A DNA stretch of 64,000 nucleotides from a virus, in the IMG/VR virus record IMGVR_UViG_3300006226_001721, positions 10,314 to 74,313 of that record; one strand, 5' to 3'. A model generated the notes under the pieces. The model was given only the letters and a program-made list of their open reading frames with translations. It did not search any database and was not told the DNA's origin. A program made the translations under genes and the position numbers. This document shows positions 58,830 to 64,000 of this stretch, in pieces. Each line of letters opens with the position of its first letter. Position 1 is the first letter of the stretch.

Positions 58830-59453
58830 ATTATATAGTAATTTTTTGGACTCATTATATCTCCAAAAATCACAATTTAATTTTTCTATAATAATATTTT
58901 GTCTTATTATATCTTTTTCTTTTAATTCACCATTTATATAATGTTTTGGTTCATCATATTCAAAAACTATGTTTAATTTAGCATCATACCCATCTAAAAA
59001 ATAACCACAAAATGTAAATTCACCACCATTTAAAGCATGTTGTAAATTCCAATTTTTTTCTTTATTAAGTTTATCAATAAAATCACAAGCTTTTTTATTA
59101 AAATTAGCTCCTCTATTTTTACCTGTAAGTTTTAATCTTTCAATAAATATTAGTCTTAATTTCTCTTTAGTTTCTTTTGATAAATTTTTATTTAACCAAT
59201 AATGACCACTTTTATTTGGATTTTTTTCACATAATTTTTCATGTAAAGAATTTCCACTATTAGTTGTTATTTTTATTCTTTTACACCACTTACATTGCCT
59301 TTTTATTTTTTCATCTCTATTACTAGAATAATTCATTTGATGACCTTCAATTCTTTTATGGTCTAAACATTCCTCCTTTGTTCTAAAAGTTTGGTTACAT
59401 ATTCTACATAACCAATTATTTTTTGAATTTCTATATTGTCTTTTTCTTTCCAT
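58800..59453 (-). mobile_element. Free-standing homing-endonuclease-like gene (C2H2 zinc finger plus Vsr/DUF559-like nuclease)
   Basis: CRIC...H...H, CKWC, LDGYD...FEYDEPKHY...KDIIRQ; very AT-rich; own ACTAATTA promoter. Confidence 0.6.
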
Positions 59454-59615
59454 AATAATTAGTACACATACTTAAATTAACTAGCACGTGTACTAATTCC
59501 GCCAATCTGGCTAAAACGGATATAGCATAAGATTCCTACTATACCCAATGGATAGCAATTCGCTGCAGCAATTCTATCCGTGGTAAGTTTCAGGCCTAGA
59601 ACTTACAAACCGGCC

Positions 59616-59701
59616 TACCGAAAGGGAGACTTGCACTCCCACGCCCCTTATTGGACACAAGACTCTCGATCTTGGGCGTCTTCTAATTCCGCCATTTCGG
59701 C
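59616..59701 (-). tRNA. tRNA-Leu(GAG)
   Basis: Cloverleaf with long variable arm; loop TC-GAG-AG. Confidence 0.85.
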
Positions 59702-59958
59702 TTTTCTTGCTTTCGTCTTTTTAGCTTGGCATCTTTCACAAACTACATAGACATCCTTTTGTCCATCCTCGTCACTAGCGATAAGTCTTACAACCTGTCT
59801 ACAACTAGTACACCACTCTATTATGCTCCCCATGCTGATCACCTCTTACACATATTTAGTAAGGCATGATGTCTAAAATGATGGTCAATCTAGGGAGATA
59901 GAAGGCACTCTCCAGTCCTTCCACGGAAGTTTGAGGGAGCTTACTTCTAACCACATTA

Positions 59959-60033
59959 AGTCCCAGGAGGGAATCGAACCCTCTAAACATCTGCTTTGCA
60001 GGCAGTGCGCCAGGCCACTAACGAATCCGAGAC
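59959..60033 (-). tRNA. tRNA-Cys(GCA)
   Basis: Loop CT-GCA-AA; U73. Confidence 0.85.
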
Positions 60034-60284
60034 ATAAAGTGACGTTTTAACTCCAGTCGAGTGATCCTGTCGATCCGTCACGTAATTAGTCGGGCGGTCC
60101 TTTTTAAGTAGTCACCGCCTGCCTACTGACATTGGTTGTTGACGGAGTTACCAACCTCTTCTCCGACATGACTTACATGCTTCATAGTTAAGCACCTTCC
60201 GAGGGATTATGTTCTACTTAACTATTGGGGATGCACCGGTTACAATGCAACCTTCCACCATCTGCTTTAATCTAAGCAGAAAAT

Positions 60285-60857
60285 CTAAAACCCAAACAAA
60301 GACCATTCCGGTTGATGAACCGTAACGGACGCTTTCAACTTTTGCATGTTAGATAGAACTGGCTTAGTTGGCATGAACTTTGGTTTGACTTTCATCTCAC
60401 TCAATGTCTTATCACCTTTGTCCCAGTTGCATCTTTTGCAACATGTCACCATATTCTCCCAAGAACTCCGTCCTCCTTTTGAAAGCGGAATTACGTGATC
60501 GATAGACAATTTGCCTTCACTGAATACATCACCACATAGATAACATGTGTAATGATCTCGCTCATATATGCTCTTCCGAGAAAGTCTAAATGACACTTTC
60601 GGAACTTTGTCATATCGAAGATAACGAATGACCTTTGGAATAGCTATTCGCTGTGATACTGAGTTGATGAACTCTGTACCTTCCGGCCACTTATCTTGTA
60701 ATGATAGATTAACCCAATCATCCCAATTCATAGGAGTCCAACTATCTCCCATTATGTACATTGCCTCCACGGCACCTGTGTACATCTTACCAATCGTGGC
60801 ATATTTGCTACACAATCTTATGGGGATATAGCTTTTGTTCAATGCTAAAACTTTCAT
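60285..60857 (-). CDS. HNH endonuclease (start moved to 60857)
   Basis: VLALNKSY, RKSIYERDHYTCYLCG, IDHVIPLSKGG, NMVTCCKRCN. Confidence 0.9.
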   Translation of the reverse strand: MKVLALNKSYIPIRLCSKYATIGKMYTGAVEAMYIMGDSWTPMNWDDWVNLSLQDKWPEGTEFINSVSQRIAIPKVIRYLRYDKVPKVSFRLSRKSIYERDHYTCYLCGDVFSEGKLSIDHVIPLSKGGRSSWENMVTCCKRCNWDKGDKTLSEMKVKPKFMPTKPVLSNMQKLKASVTVHQPEWSLFGF

Positions 60858-60872
60858 CTTAAAACTCCTAAA

Positions 60873-60945
60873 TGCGCGAGGGTGGACTTGAACCACCAAC
60901 CTTTACCTTATAAGAGTACTGCTCTCACCATTGAGCTACTCACGC
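60873..60945 (-). tRNA. tRNA-Ile(TAT)
   Basis: Cloverleaf; loop CT-TAT-AA; A73. Confidence 0.85.
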
Positions 60946-60949
60946 ATGT

Positions 60950-61220
60950 AGTCCATCCTGAAAAGCGGCTTGCCGCATTGTCGCATTCGGTAGGACGCCG
61001 TTATCTTCTCTTTCAGTAACTCTTTTGAGCTCGCGCCACTCCTGGTCGCATTCGTGGCTCTCAATTAGTGTTTCAGGCTTGGCAGTAGCTGTACTGATGC
61101 CTCGGCTCTGCTGCGTGGTCACTAATCCCGGGATTTCTAACGTTGCCCGGATCTCAATTCAGCGGCTATTTGCTAGATTGCCTCCACATTCTTCTCAGCA
61201 GGCTGCCACAATCTCACTTT
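60950..61220 (-). ncRNA. Unassigned GC-rich structured RNA between tRNA-Ser and tRNA-Ile
   Basis: No credible ORF; CGAATGCGAC repeated at 60980-60989 and 61045-61054. Confidence 0.4.
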
Positions 61221-61240
61221 AAGTCTATAGCTAGACACTT

Positions 61241-61324
61241 CGGAAAGAGGGAGACTCGAACTCCCAGTACCTTGCGGTACACACAGTTTAGCAAACTGGC
61301 CGACTACCATTATCACATCTTTCC
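61241..61324 (-). tRNA. tRNA-Ser(GCT)
   Basis: Long variable arm; loop TT-GCT-AA; G73. Confidence 0.88.
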
Positions 61325-61505
61325 ATCTAATCAAATAACTCAGCACCTTGTGTTCGTTCTAGTGTTCTCATTCTAACGAACTTTTGCCATTCTGGACTTT
61401 TTCGTATGTACTGATAGTAACGAGAAAGCCAAACTGCGTCTTTTTGCTTACACGCTTTCATCACATGGTCTGGAGTTAGCTTTCTAACATCGTCTAGTGC
61501 TCTCA

Positions 61506-61745
61506 TTAGTCAAACAACTCCCACACTTCTGGTTGATCCTCTGGCTTATTAGATAGTACAGCACTAAATAGATCATACAGATCTTTATGATACAGATCAC
61601 AATATCCAACACATAACTCCTTATCACCATAAGACAACCCCATCTTTCTCGCTTTGAAGTACTTACATTTAGTTTCACATACGATCCTTATAGACGGATC
61701 TCTAACATACTTCTTCATCTCATCACGAGACACACAATTTAGCAT
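61506..61745 (-). CDS. Cys-rich hypothetical protein
   Basis: GAGG SD; several Cys pairs. Confidence 0.45.
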   Translation of the reverse strand: MLNCVSRDEMKKYVRDPSIRIVCETKCKYFKARKMGLSYGDKELCVGYCDLYHKDLYDLFSAVLSNKPEDQPEVWELFD

Positions 61746-61915
61746 ATATTACCTCAATTTTCGTTTGGCAGAACTATACTGCTCTTTGAACAATATGTCA
61801 AACTCTACTCTTGACAGTTTCTTTTCGGCACCTGTTACTTTGTTCACTAATAGGTACTCCTTTTTGTGGCAATCATATGAGATAACTGTGAACTCAAATG
61901 ATGCATGAGCCGGCT

Positions 61916-62581
61916 TCAACTTTTGCATTCTTCATAAACCTCTGTAAAATTAACACCATACTTATTAGTTGCATAATTAATATATGGTTCAATATCAACA
62001 TTATCAATAATAACAAGTTTGTGTTTAAATGCTGCTATTTTTGCCTTTGTTTGTTGATCATAAGCGCCCCTTTTTCTTCCTTTAATTTCATAATAAGTAT
62101 CTCCTATAAGAAAATCAGGATAATATTTCCTATTTTTTCCTTCAAACAAATATTCAAATCCTTCATTATTTCTTATTGGCTTGATTCCATTATCTAATAT
62201 CTTAATAAGAAAAGCAAGTTCCCACGAACTATCACAAAAAAATCCTTTATACCATCCTTTTTTTCCTCTTCCACTTCCATGTCGCTTTCCTCCAATAGTT
62301 CCTTTTATCGATGCTGTTAGTCTTATCTTTGCTTTTGTTTCTTCACTAACAGTATGTCCTATACAATCAACTCTATTAGGATTTTCTTTACAATATTTAA
62401 CATGATTAGATCCTCTTTGTTCTTTACAAAATGGACATTCTCTTTTACTTGAATTTTTTCCCTCAGTTCTATGATTAGGATTTTGATTAAAATGTTGTTG
62501 TAATAGTTTTCTTGTAACAAAAATTTCATTACAAGTTTTACAGAGCCAACCACCTTCTTTTCGTTTTCTATTATCTTTCAT
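61916..62581 (-). mobile_element. Free-standing homing-endonuclease-like gene (C2H2 zinc finger plus PD-(D/E)xK nuclease)
   Basis: CKTC...H...H, CPFC, DSSWELAF, YYPDF...YEIKG; AT-rich; ACTAAATA promoter. Confidence 0.6.
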
Positions 62582-62622
62582 ATTATTTAGTTAAATTAAC
62601 AATCAAGACTATAAGAACTTAC

Positions 62623-62714
62623 CGGAAAGTGTAGGATTCGAACCCACGGTACCTTTCTCAAGGTACTCTCGATTTCAAGTCGAGTGCATTTTATCCAGAC
62701 TCTGCCAACTTTCC
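62623..62714 (-). tRNA. tRNA-Ser(TGA)
   Basis: Long variable arm; loop CT-TGA-AA; G73. Confidence 0.9.
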
Positions 62715-62772
62715 ATTACGTTCAATTTCAATTTAGGTAGAAATACCACGCGGGACCTAACAACACCTTTTT

Positions 62773-62888
62773 GGCAATATGGTAGGATTTGAACCTACGA
62801 CCACTGGATTAACATTCCTGATAGTAATTGCGGTAAAAGCCGTTACACGGCTCACTTTTAAGCGCTCTACCACTGAGCTACATATTGC
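62773..62888 (-). ncRNA. tRNA-like RNA (GTT, Asn-type anticodon arm) with a 42-nt insert after position 26
   Basis: 8-bp acceptor GCAATATG/CATATTGC, canonical D and T arms, CAGGA-ATGTTAA-TCCAG arm, insert 62821-62862. Confidence 0.6.
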
Positions 62889-62891
62889 TTC

Positions 62892-62962
62892 TGAGCCCGG
62901 GTGGAATCGAACCACCATAACAAGATTAAAAGTCTTGGGTACTACCATTGTACTACGAGCCC
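62892..62962 (-). tRNA. tRNA-Lys(TTT)
   Basis: Cloverleaf; loop CT-TTT-AA. Confidence 0.92.
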
Positions 62963-62965
62963 ATT

Positions 62966-63153
62966 TAACGACTATAAGCAGGGTTCTGTTAGTCGACTAT
63001 CATCTGTCTATTTGCCCGCTACCTTGCATCATAGGAGAATCCATATCCTAGCTAACTTGCGGTTGCATCCTGAAGTGGTGATAACGCTAAATGCTCCCAC
63101 TACTGATTCTGATGCCCTGACTTTCCTCTCCGCAGAGCGATAGTCCGTCGTTA
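62966..63153 (-). ncRNA. rnpB: Minimal RNase P RNA (catalytic domain only)
   Basis: GAGGAAAGTCAGGGC and AACAGAACCCTGCTTAT (P4), P1 TAACGAC/GTCGTTA, P2 GACTATC/GATAGTC, P5 CATC/GATG, P15 CCGC/GCGG. Confidence 0.85.
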
Positions 63154-63225
63154 TGCCAGATGTGGCGCTCGCATCCACACTATACGATTTTCAGTCGCAT
63201 GCTCTACTACTTGAGCTAATCCGGC
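63154..63225 (-). tRNA. tRNA-Phe(GAA)
   Basis: Cloverleaf; loop CT-GAA-AA. Confidence 0.88.
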
Positions 63226-63450
63226 GAAAATAAGGAGAGTCCCAGCACTTCGCAGAGGTCCATAATCTCTTAATAGCTTTTCATCTCCTTTTTAGTTCCG
63301 CGTATTCTCCACCGTTTGGAACATCAATCTTCCTTGATGACCAGACACATTTCCACCCGTACTTGATGGAACGCCCGTCAACTCATAAGATAGGGGCCTT
63401 TATGGACTTAGCCCTTTGCGCTAAGCAGATCCTCTCGCAAGGAGTTGCTT

Positions 63451-63560
63451 TCGCGGGGAGTTGGAATCGAACCAACTGGGAGGCACAGAGACTTGCGCAA
63501 GTTTACCCTCCGACCCAAAGAAACGGAGCAACGGCTCATTGTTGTTCCCATTCTTCCGCG
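63451..63560 (-). ncRNA. tRNA-like RNA with an 8-nt acceptor strand and long variable arm
   Basis: Perfect T arm GTTGG-TTCGATT-CCAAC, CGCGG/CCGCG acceptor, CTCCG/CGGAG stem with an 11-nt loop. Confidence 0.45.
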
Positions 63561-63563
63561 ATA

Positions 63564-63949
63564 TGGAGATGGCGGGATTCGCACCCGCGTCCAAAATACA
63601 GTCAATATAACTGAATACTTACAAGGTTAGCTGAATGTTCTGCGACCTAACCGAGACATCTAAATTCAGCATGTCGTGTCTCCAGTTGCACCTTCCGTTT
63701 CATCTTAACGATAAGCCCGTTAGGACTAACTAACCGTCCAGGTTGTAGGTGTCGCCCTATCCTTCATACAACCATTTGAAGGAGGACGGGTTATGCAGCT
63801 CGTGCAAATGCTACAGCAGTTCTGTTAGAACGACCGTAGTTGTAACCTGTTGAATAATCGTTGCCAATTATCGTGTGAGCTTTTAGAGTGCCCTAACTAC
63901 ATTCCTTGTCAATTATACCACTATTATCCTGTCGAATCTATTCATCCCC
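63564..63949 (-). ncRNA. ssrA: tmRNA
   Basis: 5' GGGGATGAATAGATTCGAC, 3' GCGAATCCCGCCATCTCCA, G3.U70; tag ORF 63791-63865 (A)GNDYSTGYNYGRSNRTAVAFARAA*. Confidence 0.92.
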
Positions 63950-64000
63950 TTTTCTTAATTTGTCTATCAACTTGCCAATCGGATTAGCATGAGCAACATA

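Noticed and set aside
55951-59572. AATTGCTGCAGC 12-mer present near 55951-55962 and 59561-59572
   Set aside because: Only two copies with no consistent structural context; could be chance
55192-63630. Short ORFs such as 55192..55497, 55643..55960, 55912..56094, 60940..61122, 62757..62948, 62779..63051, 63363..63614, 63408..63605
   Set aside because: They overlap tRNA, rnpB, tmRNA or structured RNA and lack SD or promoter support
1-64000. Stop-codon reassignment (common in large phages)
   Set aside because: Recognisable enzymes are full length in code 11, TAG and TGA end genes at coupled junctions, and no clean suppressor tRNA was found

Overview
This is a 64 kb segment of a large (probably jumbo) lytic myovirus-like phage with T4-like modules, read in the standard genetic code. 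The host is inferred, not shown, to be an anaerobic spirochaete (Treponema-like). Positions 1-13 kb hold nucleotide metabolism (RNase H, NrdD, GMP reductase), a radical SAM enzyme, a C5-methyltransferase and an AAA+ ATPase. Positions 13.7-23.3 kb hold a candidate DNA hypermodification locus: a T4 gp42-like dCMP hydroxymethylase, two dNMP kinases, dCMP deaminase, a GmhA-like isomerase, an epimerase, a UGM-like mutase, two GT-A glycosyltransferases and an FkbM methyltransferase. Positions 24-38 kb hold helicases, adenine methyltransferases, PncA/PncB and a CCA-adding enzyme. Positions 38-50 kb hold head and tail morphogenesis genes and a probable late sigma factor. Positions 52-64 kb are an RNA island with a DUF2828 (vWA/TROVE-like) gene co-regulated with an array of ACAGCA stem-loop RNAs, 18 canonical tRNAs, several tRNA scaffolds carrying 40-96 nt inserts, large unassigned structured RNAs, two free-standing zinc-finger endonucleases, a tmRNA and a 188-nt RNase P RNA lacking the specificity domain. 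All calls come from motifs and base pairing read by eye; no database searches were run.
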